From the NCBI GenBank assembly GCA_963727505.1, contig CAVSGP010000002.1:192001-256000 (forward strand): a stretch of DNA of 64,000 nucleotides, in the 5' to 3' direction. Positions 48,970 to 57,999 of the stretch are shown in pieces. The translations under genes and the position numbers were made by a program. The notes beneath the pieces were generated by a model. That model was not told the DNA's origin. It searched no databases and saw nothing but the letters and a program-made list of their open reading frames with translations. Source of the DNA: an uncultured Trueperaceae bacterium (GTDB taxonomy: Bacteria > Deinococcota > Deinococci > Deinococcales > Trueperaceae). Within the stretch, counting starts at the first letter, position 1, and the number at the start of each line of letters is the position of its first letter.

Positions 48970-50621
48970 CCCCCGACGCCGACGTCATCGTGGTCGGAGC
49001 AGGACTGGCCGGCCTCGTCGCCGCCGCCGAGGCGGCCGACGCCGGCCTGCGGGTGACGTTGCTCGACCAGGAGGCGCGGGCCAACCTGGGCGGACAGGCC
49101 TTCTGGTCGTTCGGCGGCCTGTTCCTGGTGGACACGCCGGAGCAGCGCCGGCTCGGCATCCGCGACAGCCACGAGCTCGCCTGGCGCGACTGGCTCGCCA
49201 CGGCCGCGTTCGATCGCGACGACGACCGCTGGCCGCGGCGCTGGGCCGAGGCGTACGTCGCCTTCGCAGCCGGGGAGAAGCGCGCCTGGTTGCACGAGCA
49301 AGGCCTGCGCTTCTTCCCCATCGTCGGCTGGGCCGAGCGCGGCGTCGGCCGCGCCCAGGGAGCAGGCAACACCGTCCCCCGCTTCCACATCGCGTGGGGC
49401 ACCGGCCCCGCCATCGTCGAGGCGTTCGCACGGCGCGTGCGCGAGCACGAGCGCGACGGGCGCGTCCGCCTGCGGTTCCGCCACCGCGTGCGCGAACTGG
49501 TGGTCGAGGCGGGCGCCGTGACCGGCGTGGCCGGCGAGGTGCTCACCGACGACCCGTCCGAACGCGGCCAGCCGACCTCACGCGAGCCGGTCGGCACGTT
49601 CCAGCTCGGCGCGCCGGCGGTCGTGGTGGCCTCGGGCGGCATCGGCGGCGACCACCGGCTGGTGCGGCGCAACTGGCCGGGCGAACGCCTGGGGCCGCCG
49701 CCCGACGCCATGCTCACGGGCGTCCCCGCCCACGTGGACGGGCAGCTGCAGCAGGCGAGCGCCGCGGCGGGCGGGCGGCTGATCCACGCCGACCGCATGT
49801 GGCACTACACCGAGGGCGTGCGCAACTTCGCGCCGATCTGGCCGGGGCACGGCATCCGCATCCTGCCGGGTCCGAGCAGTCTGTGGCTCGACCCCGACGG
49901 CCGCCGCCTGCCTCCCCCCTACCTACCGGGCTTCAGCACCCTCGACACGCTGGGGCACATCGGCCGCGGCCGGTTCCCGCACACCTGGTTCGTGCTGGAC
50001 CGCCGGATCCTGCGACGGGAGTTCGCGCTCTCGGGTAGCGAGCAGAATCCCGACCTCACCGGCAAGAGCCTGACCGGCGTGGTGCGCGGCAGGCTCGCCG
50101 GGTTGCAGCCGCCGCTGCGGGCCTTCCTGGAGCGCGGGGAGGACTTCCTGACGGACGCCGCCCTGGAGGGCCTCGTACGGAAGATGAACGCCCTCGTCGG
50201 CGACGAACGCCTCGATCCGGCCGTCGTGGCCGACGCAGTGATCGCCCGCGACGAGCAGCTGGTGAGCGGCTTCGGCAAGGACTTCCAGGCGATGGCCATC
50301 CGCAACGCCCGGAGGTCGCTGGGCGACCGCCTGGTGCGCGTCGCGCGCCCGCACCGCCTGCTGGATTCGGCGGCGGGGCCGCTCGTGGCGGTGAGACTGC
50401 GGGTGCTCACCCGCAAGACCCTGGGCGGGCTCGAGACCGACCTGCTGGGACGCGTGCTGCGCGAAGACGGCGAGCCGCTGCCTGGACTGTACGCGGCCGG
50501 GGAGGTGGCCGGCTTCGGGGGCGGTGGCATGCACGGCTACCGTTCGCTGGAGGGGACCTTCCTCGGCGGCTGCCTGTTCAACGGGCGGGTGGTGGGGCGG
50601 GCGCTCGGCCGCGCCGGCTGA
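48966..50621 (+). CDS. FAD-binding dehydrogenase (KsdD-like, COG3573 type)
   Basis: DVIVVGAGLAGL, GGQAFWSFGGLF, RFHIAWGTGP, TRKTLGGL and LEGTFLGGC motifs; GTGA coupling to the regulator. Confidence 0.92.
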   Translation: MTPDADVIVVGAGLAGLVAAAEAADAGLRVTLLDQEARANLGGQAFWSFGGLFLVDTPEQRRLGIRDSHELAWRDWLATAAFDRDDDRWPRRWAEAYVAFAAGEKRAWLHEQGLRFFPIVGWAERGVGRAQGAGNTVPRFHIAWGTGPAIVEAFARRVREHERDGRVRLRFRHRVRELVVEAGAVTGVAGEVLTDDPSERGQPTSREPVGTFQLGAPAVVVASGGIGGDHRLVRRNWPGERLGPPPDAMLTGVPAHVDGQLQQASAAAGGRLIHADRMWHYTEGVRNFAPIWPGHGIRILPGPSSLWLDPDGRRLPPPYLPGFSTLDTLGHIGRGRFPHTWFVLDRRILRREFALSGSEQNPDLTGKSLTGVVRGRLAGLQPPLRAFLERGEDFLTDAALEGLVRKMNALVGDERLDPAVVADAVIARDEQLVSGFGKDFQAMAIRNARRSLGDRLVRVARPHRLLDSAAGPLVAVRLRVLTRKTLGGLETDLLGRVLREDGEPLPGLYAAGEVAGFGGGGMHGYRSLEGTFLGGCLFNGRVVGRALGRAG

Positions 50622-50820
50622 GCGAGCGCGGCCGAGCGAGCGCGGCCGAGCCGCCGCGCACACCGTCCGAACGCCCATCCCGCAGCGTCGTGCGCGGCCC
50701 GCCTGGGAAGGAAACAGTCGCGGTGGTGTGGCGGCGGTGGTGTGGCGGCGTCGGCACGGCGCCCCTCCACCGGCCACGGTAGACTCGGGACCACGCAACG
50801 AATCGCTAGGAGGAAGCGCG

Positions 50821-51510
50821 ATGCGCCACCTGGACTCGAACCGAAGCCCGATGGACCGCCCGCAAGCCCGTGTGTTGGCTCAGGCTCAGATCCGAGCCCG
50901 TGCCCGCAACCTCCGCCGAGCGACCCTCGTCGGGCTCTGTTTCGCCCTGCTCGCTCCCGCCTGGGCGGCAGCCCAGACCTTCACGGTCGTGACCGACCGG
51001 AGCCAGGCCAGCTACACCGTCAGCGAGAAGGTGGTGGGGCTGTCGCTGCCCCGCGACGCGGTCGGGGTCACCAAGCTCGTTACCGGCACGGTCGTCCTCG
51101 CGGCCGACGGCAGTGTCGCGGAGGGCTCCAAGCTCACGGTCGACCTTCGCGGCCTGACGAGCGACGCCGCCCGCCGCGACCGCTTCATCCAGGGCAACAC
51201 CCTGGAGACCGCGACCTACCCCGAAGCAGTGCTGGTGCCGACCGAGCTCCGGGGCCTGCCGTCGCCGCTGCCCACGAGCGGCAGCGTGAGCTTCCAGATC
51301 GTCGGCGACTTCACCGTCCATGGCACCACGAAGACGGTGACCTGGGACGCAACCGGTGACTTCTCGGCCGACGCCGTGACCGTCAAGGCCACCGCCGACG
51401 TGACCTTCGACGACTTCGGGTTGCGGCGGCCTGTGGTCGGGCCGATCCTGGCGGTCTCGGACCCTATCCACCTCGAGGTGGACGCCACCCTCCAGCGCAC
51501 CGCCAACTGA
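50821..51510 (+). CDS. YceI family periplasmic protein
   Basis: Signal ending AWA; S.ASYTV.E, VDL..LTSD..RRD, YP.A and GDFTVHGTTK motifs. Start uncertain. Confidence 0.85.
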   Translation: MRHLDSNRSPMDRPQARVLAQAQIRARARNLRRATLVGLCFALLAPAWAAAQTFTVVTDRSQASYTVSEKVVGLSLPRDAVGVTKLVTGTVVLAADGSVAEGSKLTVDLRGLTSDAARRDRFIQGNTLETATYPEAVLVPTELRGLPSPLPTSGSVSFQIVGDFTVHGTTKTVTWDATGDFSADAVTVKATADVTFDDFGLRRPVVGPILAVSDPIHLEVDATLQRTAN

Positions 51511-51709
51511 GCGCAACGCCGAGCACGACCGCGTGCGCGCAACAGCGTGCGCGTCGGGGGCCCGGCGAGGGGGTCCGCCGCGCCACCGTGTGCGCTACGC
51601 TGCACGCTTCTGCGCCGGCGCGGCTAGTCTGGGGGGCCGAACCCGCAGGCGCAGCCGGCACCACGTCGGCGCCCGCCGCGGGCCGCAGCAGCAGACACGG
51701 GAGGTCTTC

Positions 51710-52177
51710 ATGGCCATCCATCTCACGGTGAACATCCGTCGACCGAGCGGCGAGGTGTTCGACTACATCTCGGACCTCGGGCGGTTGTCGACCTGGCACC
51801 ACGCTATCGACTCGGTCGAGAAGATCACCGGCGGAGACAACGGTACCGGCGCCACCTACCAGGTGAAGCGCACACTCCCCAGTGGGCACGTCGAGAACCG
51901 CGTCAGCGTCACCGAGTTCGACCCCGCGAAGCGCTTCACCATCGAGAGCCAACCCGGCCCGAAACCGTTCGCCTACCGCTTCCGGCTGGCATCCACGCCC
52001 CAGGGCACGCGCGTCGACGTCGATGCAAGCCGTGACGGCCTCGATCTCGATCGCACGCCGACCGTCCCTCCCGCCCTGGCCTCGGCGCTGTTCCAGCGCC
52101 GCATGGCGGAGAGTCTGAGGCGCCTGAAGCACGAGCTCGAACGCGAGAAGCCGGCCGACGCCTGGCCCGTGAGCTAG
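51710..52177 (+). CDS. SRPBCC (START-like) family protein
   Basis: I.RP..EVFDYISD...W...VTEFDP...L.RLK..LE pattern; GGAGG RBS. Confidence 0.85.
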   Translation: MAIHLTVNIRRPSGEVFDYISDLGRLSTWHHAIDSVEKITGGDNGTGATYQVKRTLPSGHVENRVSVTEFDPAKRFTIESQPGPKPFAYRFRLASTPQGTRVDVDASRDGLDLDRTPTVPPALASALFQRRMAESLRRLKHELEREKPADAWPVS

Positions 52178-52355
52178 GCGCACCGGCCCCAACCCCATCC
52201 CGAAGTCCCTTCTTGAAAGCCCCTTCCGCCGTGCGGGTCAGTACCCGCGCGCATGATGTCCGTCGGGCCACCGGCGGGCCCTCCTTGGCATGGCACGGTG
52301 GTCGGTCGGAGACCGGCGGACGACCGCCGATACGTCCATGCCGAGGAGGGTCCCC

Positions 52356-53312
52356 ATGCCGCAGCACACCGAATCACAACACTGGCAGCGGCAGCGTCCG
52401 CGGCGCGCGTGGAGGGCAGCCTCGCGCCAGAGGCTGTGGCAGGGCCTCGTGGATCTCGTCCGACACGAGGGGGTCAACGCCTTCCTGCTCACAGCGGGCG
52501 CACTGGTGAACGCGCTGGCGTTCGATGTGTTCCTGGCGCCCGGGCACGTGGCGCCGGGAGGCCTGACCGGCCTGACGCTGGTGGTGACCCGCTGGTTGCC
52601 GTTCCCGAACGGCCTCGTGCTGTTGGTGCTCAACATCCCGCTGCTCGTGCTCGGCGCTTGGCAGCTCGGCGGAGCGAAGTTCTTCGCGCGCACGGTCTAC
52701 GTCATCGCCGTGACGGTCGTCGCCATCGACGGTTTCGCCCCCTTCGTGCCCGACGGAGGAGCCAGCCACGATCCGCTCCTGAACGCTCTCTACGGGGGCG
52801 CCGTCACCGGCATCGCAGCGGGGCTGGTGATCCGGGCGCGCGGCAACATCGGGGGGACCGGTATCCTCAGCCGCTTGCTGCAGCGGCGCACCGGCGTCCC
52901 GATGGGACAGGTCTACCTCATGACCGACGGTGCCATCGTGCTGCTCCTGGGCGCTGTCTTCGGCTGGGAGCGGGCGCTCTACTCGCTGGTGGCGCTGTTC
53001 GTGAACGGCATGGCGACCGATTACGCCACCGAGGGCCCCTCGCTGGTGCGCACCGTGTTCATCGTGACCGACCGTCCCAGCGACGTTGCCGCGGCGCTTC
53101 AGCAGCGCCTGCGCAGCGGCGTCACTGCCTGGCGCGGCGAAGGGATGTACCGGGGCGGACAACGCACGGTGCTGTTCTGCACGGTGAACCGTGCCGAGGT
53201 GCGCGAGGTCACGCAGGTGGTGCGCGAGACGGACCACCACGGCTTCCTGGTGGTGGGCCAGGGGCACAAGGCGCTGGGGGGCACGATCGGCAAGAGCGAC
53301 AGCGCCGGCTGA
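52356..53312 (+). CDS. YitT family membrane protein (DUF161+DUF2179), copy 1
   Basis: FLAP..VAPGGLTG, LNIPL, GGTGIL, GVT.W.GEGMY and D..GF motifs. Confidence 0.9.
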   Translation: MPQHTESQHWQRQRPRRAWRAASRQRLWQGLVDLVRHEGVNAFLLTAGALVNALAFDVFLAPGHVAPGGLTGLTLVVTRWLPFPNGLVLLVLNIPLLVLGAWQLGGAKFFARTVYVIAVTVVAIDGFAPFVPDGGASHDPLLNALYGGAVTGIAAGLVIRARGNIGGTGILSRLLQRRTGVPMGQVYLMTDGAIVLLLGAVFGWERALYSLVALFVNGMATDYATEGPSLVRTVFIVTDRPSDVAAALQQRLRSGVTAWRGEGMYRGGQRTVLFCTVNRAEVREVTQVVRETDHHGFLVVGQGHKALGGTIGKSDSAG

Positions 53313-53321
53313 GGGAGCGGT

Positions 53322-53984
53322 CTAGCTGCCTTGGGCGAGCAGGTGACGCACGTCCTTCACGATGTGTTCGGGGTGGGAGGCGAGGTCATCGCCGCCGTAG
53401 ATCAACCGCAGGCGTCGTTGCGGGTCCAACACGTAGACCGACGCCGTGTGACGCATGAAGTAGGCGTCCGGGCCGGTCTGGTCCGTCTTCTGGTAGCTCA
53501 CGAAGAACTGCTTCGCCACCGCGGCGATAGCTTCGGGCGAACCGGTCAGCCCGCGGAATGCCGGCGAGAACGCATGTGCATAGGTGGCCATCACCTCCGG
53601 CGTGTCGCGCTCCGGATCCACCGAGATCATGGCCACCGCGACGCGGCCGCGGTCCCTGGCCGGCAGCGAGGCATGGATCTTTGCTAGCTGCATCATCTCC
53701 GTCGGACACACGTCGGGGCAATGGGTGTAGCCGAAGAACAGCATCACGACGTCGCCGTCGAAGTCCGACAGGTGGACGGGCCCGGACCCGCTCAGCAACG
53801 TGAAGTCCGTGGCAACCGTGGGGTTGGAGAGCGGCTCGCTGAGGTACGTGTAGGGAACCGGCCGCACCACGTCCCACACGACGAGCACGGCGACCACCGT
53901 CAACAGCACGCCCACGAGGATCCAGAGCGGCCGCCGCGGCGCGCGTGGCTCCGCGACGGCCCCGGGGTCAACGGGCTCGGGCAT
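53322..53984 (-). CDS. SCO1/SenC family copper protein
   Basis: FFGYTHCPDVCP, ISVDPERD and conserved His (MRHT) motifs. Confidence 0.94.
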   Translation of the reverse strand: MPEPVDPGAVAEPRAPRRPLWILVGVLLTVVAVLVVWDVVRPVPYTYLSEPLSNPTVATDFTLLSGSGPVHLSDFDGDVVMLFFGYTHCPDVCPTEMMQLAKIHASLPARDRGRVAVAMISVDPERDTPEVMATYAHAFSPAFRGLTGSPEAIAAVAKQFFVSYQKTDQTGPDAYFMRHTASVYVLDPQRRLRLIYGGDDLASHPEHIVKDVRHLLAQGS

Positions 53985-54002
53985 GGTTCACCTCGACAGT
54001 CC

Positions 54003-54506
54003 TCACTTCCGCAGGACCGGTACGCTCACCGTGAGCGGGGCAGCGCCCTCGAACTGGAGGGTGATCTCGACATCGGCCCCTTCGGTCAGCGGGCCGTTCA
54101 ACCCCATCAACATCAGGTGGTCACCGCCCGGTTGCAGGGTCCGTCGGCCGTGCGCCGGGATGCTCAGCGCGTCCACCTTCACCATCGACACGACCGGCCC
54201 GGAGGGTGAACCCGTGTCCTCCTTGCGCGTCGTCATCGGCATGCACGACACCGCCAGGCCGGTGGTCGCCCCCACCAGCCGAACGACGCGGTCGGTCGGG
54301 TTGACGAGCACGCCGTAGAGCGCGGTGTTCGGAACAGGGGCGGGGATCCAGCGCACCCAGGCGTCTTCGAGCTTCAATGCCGGCGTCGCTACTGGTGTCG
54401 CTGCCGGTGTCGCTGCCGGTGTCGCTGCCAGCGTCGCCGACAGGACCATCAGGACCGCCGACCATGCCAGCCCGCGGGCTGCCACGGCCGTCCTTCGATG
54501 CCTCAT
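54003..54506 (-). CDS. Copper chaperone PCu(A)C
   Basis: DAWVR...TA.YG.L.N and M..M...LQPGGDHLMLMGL motifs; TPAA tandem linker; leaderless start. Confidence 0.9.
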   Translation of the reverse strand: MRHRRTAVAARGLAWSAVLMVLSATLAATPAATPAATPVATPALKLEDAWVRWIPAPVPNTALYGVLVNPTDRVVRLVGATTGLAVSCMPMTTRKEDTGSPSGPVVSMVKVDALSIPAHGRRTLQPGGDHLMLMGLNGPLTEGADVEITLQFEGAAPLTVSVPVLRK

Positions 54507-54625
54507 GCATGGCACTCTACCGCGGTGGTTCGACCTTCGGGCACGGTCGCGCCCACCGGCCTTCAAGCGTCCGTCGTCCGCGTGCGGCGGGCCCCAGCAT
54601 GACACCGCCCGCGGGACCCAGCGCC

Positions 54626-54679
54626 CCGGCCGCACCGGCCGCACCGGCCGCACCGGCCGCCCCGGCCGCACTGGCCGCA
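54626..54679. repeat. Intergenic 9-bp VNTR x6
   Basis: CCGGCCGCA units, two of them with single substitutions. Confidence 0.9.
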
Positions 54680-54748
54680 CCGGCGAGCGCGCGGACACGA
54701 GTGGCTCAGCTCATGGGACGCCGTCGGGGCCGACCGTACGATCGGTGC

Positions 54749-55258
54749 ATGCCGCTCCGCCTCCCGCTCCGGTACCCCTGGCGCAGGCTCGTCATCGCAA
54801 CGGCCACAGGCCTGCTCGCGACGAGCCTCTTGCTGGCCGGCTGCAACGTCGTGCCGCCACCGAGCCAGGCGTCGGAGTTGCTGAGCCTGGTCAATCAGGC
54901 GCGCAGCTCGGCACGGTCGTGCGGCAGCACGCCCTACGCAGCCGCCCCGCCCCTGGCGCTCGATGCCCGTCTCACGCGCGCCGCACAACTCCACAGCCTC
55001 GACATGCAAACGTCCGGGACGTTCAGCCACACGAGCTCCGACGGTCGTACGCTCGCCGACCGCGTGAACGCTCAGGGTTACACCTGGCGCCGCATCGGCG
55101 AGGACATCGCCGCGGGCTTCTCCACGTCCCAGGCGGTCGTACAGGCGTGGCTCAAGAGTCCGGGCCACTGCGCCAACATCATGGACCCGAGCTTCCAGGA
55201 CCTCGGCACGGGCGTTGCCGGCACCTACTGGACGCTCGACTTCGCAACGCCGCGCTGA
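54749..55258 (+). CDS. CAP/SCP domain lipoprotein
   Basis: Lipobox LAGC; LVNQAR, AAQ.HS.DM, FSH, GE.IA and W..SPGHC.NIM motifs. Confidence 0.9.
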   Translation: MPLRLPLRYPWRRLVIATATGLLATSLLLAGCNVVPPPSQASELLSLVNQARSSARSCGSTPYAAAPPLALDARLTRAAQLHSLDMQTSGTFSHTSSDGRTLADRVNAQGYTWRRIGEDIAAGFSTSQAVVQAWLKSPGHCANIMDPSFQDLGTGVAGTYWTLDFATPR

Positions 55259-55339
55259 GCCGTCCGCGGCGCGCACCGGCGGGGCCCCACCCGGGGCCCC
55301 ACCCTCGGTGGTGCGCGTAGCACGCGGCATGGATGCCCC

Positions 55340-55445
55340 GAGCGTTCCAAGGACCGCATGCGCGCCGAGTACGACGCCCGGACCTGGCTCAAGGCGGAGC
55401 TCGAGATCCGCATGCTCCACGAGAAGCTCGACCACGCCATCCGGT
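55340..55445 (+). pseudogene. DUF1003-family C-terminal remnant
   Basis: KDRMRAEYD..TWLKAELEIRMLHEKLD matches the coiled tail of DUF1003 proteins; no upstream TM region. Confidence 0.6.
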
Positions 55446-55592
55446 GCGGCCTGCTGCGGTCGTCGGTGAGCGAGCGGCCGCTAGCACGCCGCAACCGCGC
55501 ACGAGACCCTCACCGCTGCGGTAGCGTAGCCCAGTGCTGGCGGGGCGCGGCGACCGCCCCCGTCCGCACAGCCCCGCGCCCGGAGGATCGCG

Positions 55593-56591
55593 ATGAAGTC
55601 AGACCCCGAGCAACGTTCCGCGGAAGGACCGGAGGGCGCGGGTTCGGCGAGCGACCGGCTCGAGCCCGTCGCACCACCGTCGGCCAGACGCACCGATGCC
55701 GTGCTCCGCGCGACCCGGCGCAAGCTGACCGTCCTCTTCCGTCAGGAAGGCGGGAACGTCATCCTGATGACCGTCGGCGCGCTGCTCTACGCCGCCGCCT
55801 TCGACCTCTTCCTGGTCCCCAGCAACGTGGCGCCCGGCGGGCTGGGTGGGCTGACGCTCGTTATCACCCACTACCTGCCGCTGCCGAACGGCGTCGTGCT
55901 GTTCGTGCTGAACATCCCCCTGTTGCTGATCGGGGCGTGGCAGCTCGGCGGCCCGCCCTTCCTGGCCCGTACGCTCTACGTCGTCACCGCCGTCTTCATC
56001 GGCATCGACGCGTTGGCGCCCTACCTGCCGCGCGAGGGCGCGAGCCACGACCCCCTGCTCAACGCGCTGTACGGCGGGGCGCTCACCGGCATCGCCGGCG
56101 GGCTGGTCATCCGGGCGCACGGCAACATCGGCGGCACCGGCATCCTCAGCCGCGTGCTGCAGCGCCGCACCGGCATCCCGATGGGTCAGGTCTACATGGT
56201 GACCGACGGCATCATCGTGGCGCTGATGGGTGCGGCGTTCGGGTGGGACCGCGCGCTGTACTCGCTCGTCGCACTGTTCGTCAACGGCCTGGCCACCGAC
56301 TACGCGACCGAGGGCCCGTCCATCATCCGAACGGTGTTCATCGTGACCGACCGGCCCGAGGACATCGCCGCAGCGCTGCAGATGCGCATGCATACCGGCG
56401 TCACCGCCTGGCGCGGCGAAGGCATGTACAGCCGCGGCGAGCGCACGGTGCTCTTCTGCACCATCAACCGCACCGAGGTGCGCGAGCTGACTGGCATCGT
56501 GCGCGAGATCGACCACAAAGGCTTCCTGGTGGTCGGGCAGGGCCATCGGGCGCGCGGCGGAACGATCGGCAAGAGCAACAGCCCGGGGTAA
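55593..56591 (+). CDS. YitT family membrane protein, copy 2
   Basis: Same motifs as copy 1; long identical stretches such as GASHDPLLNALYGGA and RALYSLVALFVNG. Confidence 0.9.
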   Translation: MKSDPEQRSAEGPEGAGSASDRLEPVAPPSARRTDAVLRATRRKLTVLFRQEGGNVILMTVGALLYAAAFDLFLVPSNVAPGGLGGLTLVITHYLPLPNGVVLFVLNIPLLLIGAWQLGGPPFLARTLYVVTAVFIGIDALAPYLPREGASHDPLLNALYGGALTGIAGGLVIRAHGNIGGTGILSRVLQRRTGIPMGQVYMVTDGIIVALMGAAFGWDRALYSLVALFVNGLATDYATEGPSIIRTVFIVTDRPEDIAAALQMRMHTGVTAWRGEGMYSRGERTVLFCTINRTEVRELTGIVREIDHKGFLVVGQGHRARGGTIGKSNSPG

Positions 56592-56616
56592 GCGGCCGAC
56601 CCCGTATCATCGGAAC

Positions 56617-57249
56617 GTGAGCGACCCGTCCGAGCTTCTCGAACGCAACCGCGCCTGGGCCGGGCGCGTGGTCGGCGAGGACGCCGGCTACTTCCACCGC
56701 CTCGCCGCCCAGCAGAAACCCCGCTACCTGTGGATCGGCTGCGCCGACTCGCGCGTGCCGGCGAACGTCATCGCCGGGCTCGATCCCGGCGAGGTGTTCG
56801 TCCACCGCAACATCGCCAACGTCTTCTCCCACACCGATCTCAACGCCCTGACGGTGCTGGAGTACGCCGTGTCGGTGCTCCGGGTCGAGCACATCATCGT
56901 GTGCGGCCACTACGGCTGCGGCGGGGTGGGAGCCGCGCTCGACCAGCAGCGGCACGGCCTCATCGACAACTGGCTGCGCCTCATCAAGGACGTCGCGGCC
57001 AAGCACGAGCACACGCTGGCGGAAGCGCCCGACGACGCCGCGCGGGCCGACCGGCTGGCCGAACTCAACGCCGTCGAGCAGACCCGCAATGTCTGCACCA
57101 CCAGCATCGTCCAGGAGGCGTGGGCGCGCGGGCAGGCGCTCACCGTGCGCGCCTGGGTCTACGGCCTCAGCGACGGTCTGCTACGCGACCTGGGGTTCGT
57201 GGTGCGCGGCCCCGAAGAGGTCGACGCAGCGCACCGGCTCACGGTGTAG
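56617..57249 (+). CDS. can: Beta-class carbonic anhydrase
   Basis: WIGCADSRVP, GEVFVHRNIAN and CGHYGCGG Zn ligands. Confidence 0.95.
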   Translation: MSDPSELLERNRAWAGRVVGEDAGYFHRLAAQQKPRYLWIGCADSRVPANVIAGLDPGEVFVHRNIANVFSHTDLNALTVLEYAVSVLRVEHIIVCGHYGCGGVGAALDQQRHGLIDNWLRLIKDVAAKHEHTLAEAPDDAARADRLAELNAVEQTRNVCTTSIVQEAWARGQALTVRAWVYGLSDGLLRDLGFVVRGPEEVDAAHRLTV

Positions 57250-57254
57250 CGCCT

Positions 57255-57707
57255 TCAGGCGCCCGTCGGTGGGCGCTGGTTGGCAAGAAGGTCGCGGATC
57301 TCGGTCAGCAGCCGTTCCTCGGCGGGCAGCGGGGGTGGCTCGACAGGTTCGGACGGCTCCGTGCGCTTCTCGGACCGACGTTTCATCTCGTTGAAGGAAC
57401 GGATGATCATGAAGAGCACGAACGCGATGAGCAGGAAGTTGATGATCGTGTTCAGGAACGCCCCGTACTGGATGACGGGAGCGCCGGCCGCCACCGCATC
57501 CTTGACCGAAGCGTAGGTACCTCCGCCCTTCAGGATGACTCCCAGGTTGCCGAAGTCGACGCCACCGAGCGCCAGGCCGACCACCGGCATGATCACCTGG
57601 TTGACGAGCGACGTGGTGATGGCCCCGAACGCGGCGCCGATGATGACGGCGACCGCCAGGTCCAGCACATTGCCGCGACTGACGAACTCGCGGAACTCCT
57701 TGAGCAT
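57255..57707 (-). CDS. mscL: Large-conductance mechanosensitive channel
   Basis: MLKEFREF..RGNVLDLAVAVIIG, YG.FL..IINFL and LLTEIRDLL motifs. Confidence 0.97.
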   Translation of the reverse strand: MLKEFREFVSRGNVLDLAVAVIIGAAFGAITTSLVNQVIMPVVGLALGGVDFGNLGVILKGGGTYASVKDAVAAGAPVIQYGAFLNTIINFLLIAFVLFMIIRSFNEMKRRSEKRTEPSEPVEPPPLPAEERLLTEIRDLLANQRPPTGA

Positions 57708-57999
57708 GACGTCCTCCCTTGGGCCTTCACGATCACTCTACGCGAGTCGGAGACTCGGCACTGCCGTGGCCCGAAGCCGACGCCGACTCCGGGCGGGACG
57801 GTGTCCCGCCCGGACACGTGTAGCGCACGGGAGCTTGCTTCCATTCGGAACCGGTAGCATCGTGTGCGGGATCCAAACGGTCCCGGTAGAGGGCCCACGT
57901 GAAGCACATCCCCAACGACCAACCCGGACGGTCCCGTCGCGCCATGCGCGTGGTGGCGGCAGATCCCCTTGACCGCGCGCGACGGCTCGATCGCGCCGG

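Noticed and set aside
54626..54679. CRISPR array (also considered for the 44670 and 45522 repeats)
   Set aside because: Units are 9-12 bp and contiguous, with no unique spacers and no cas genes.
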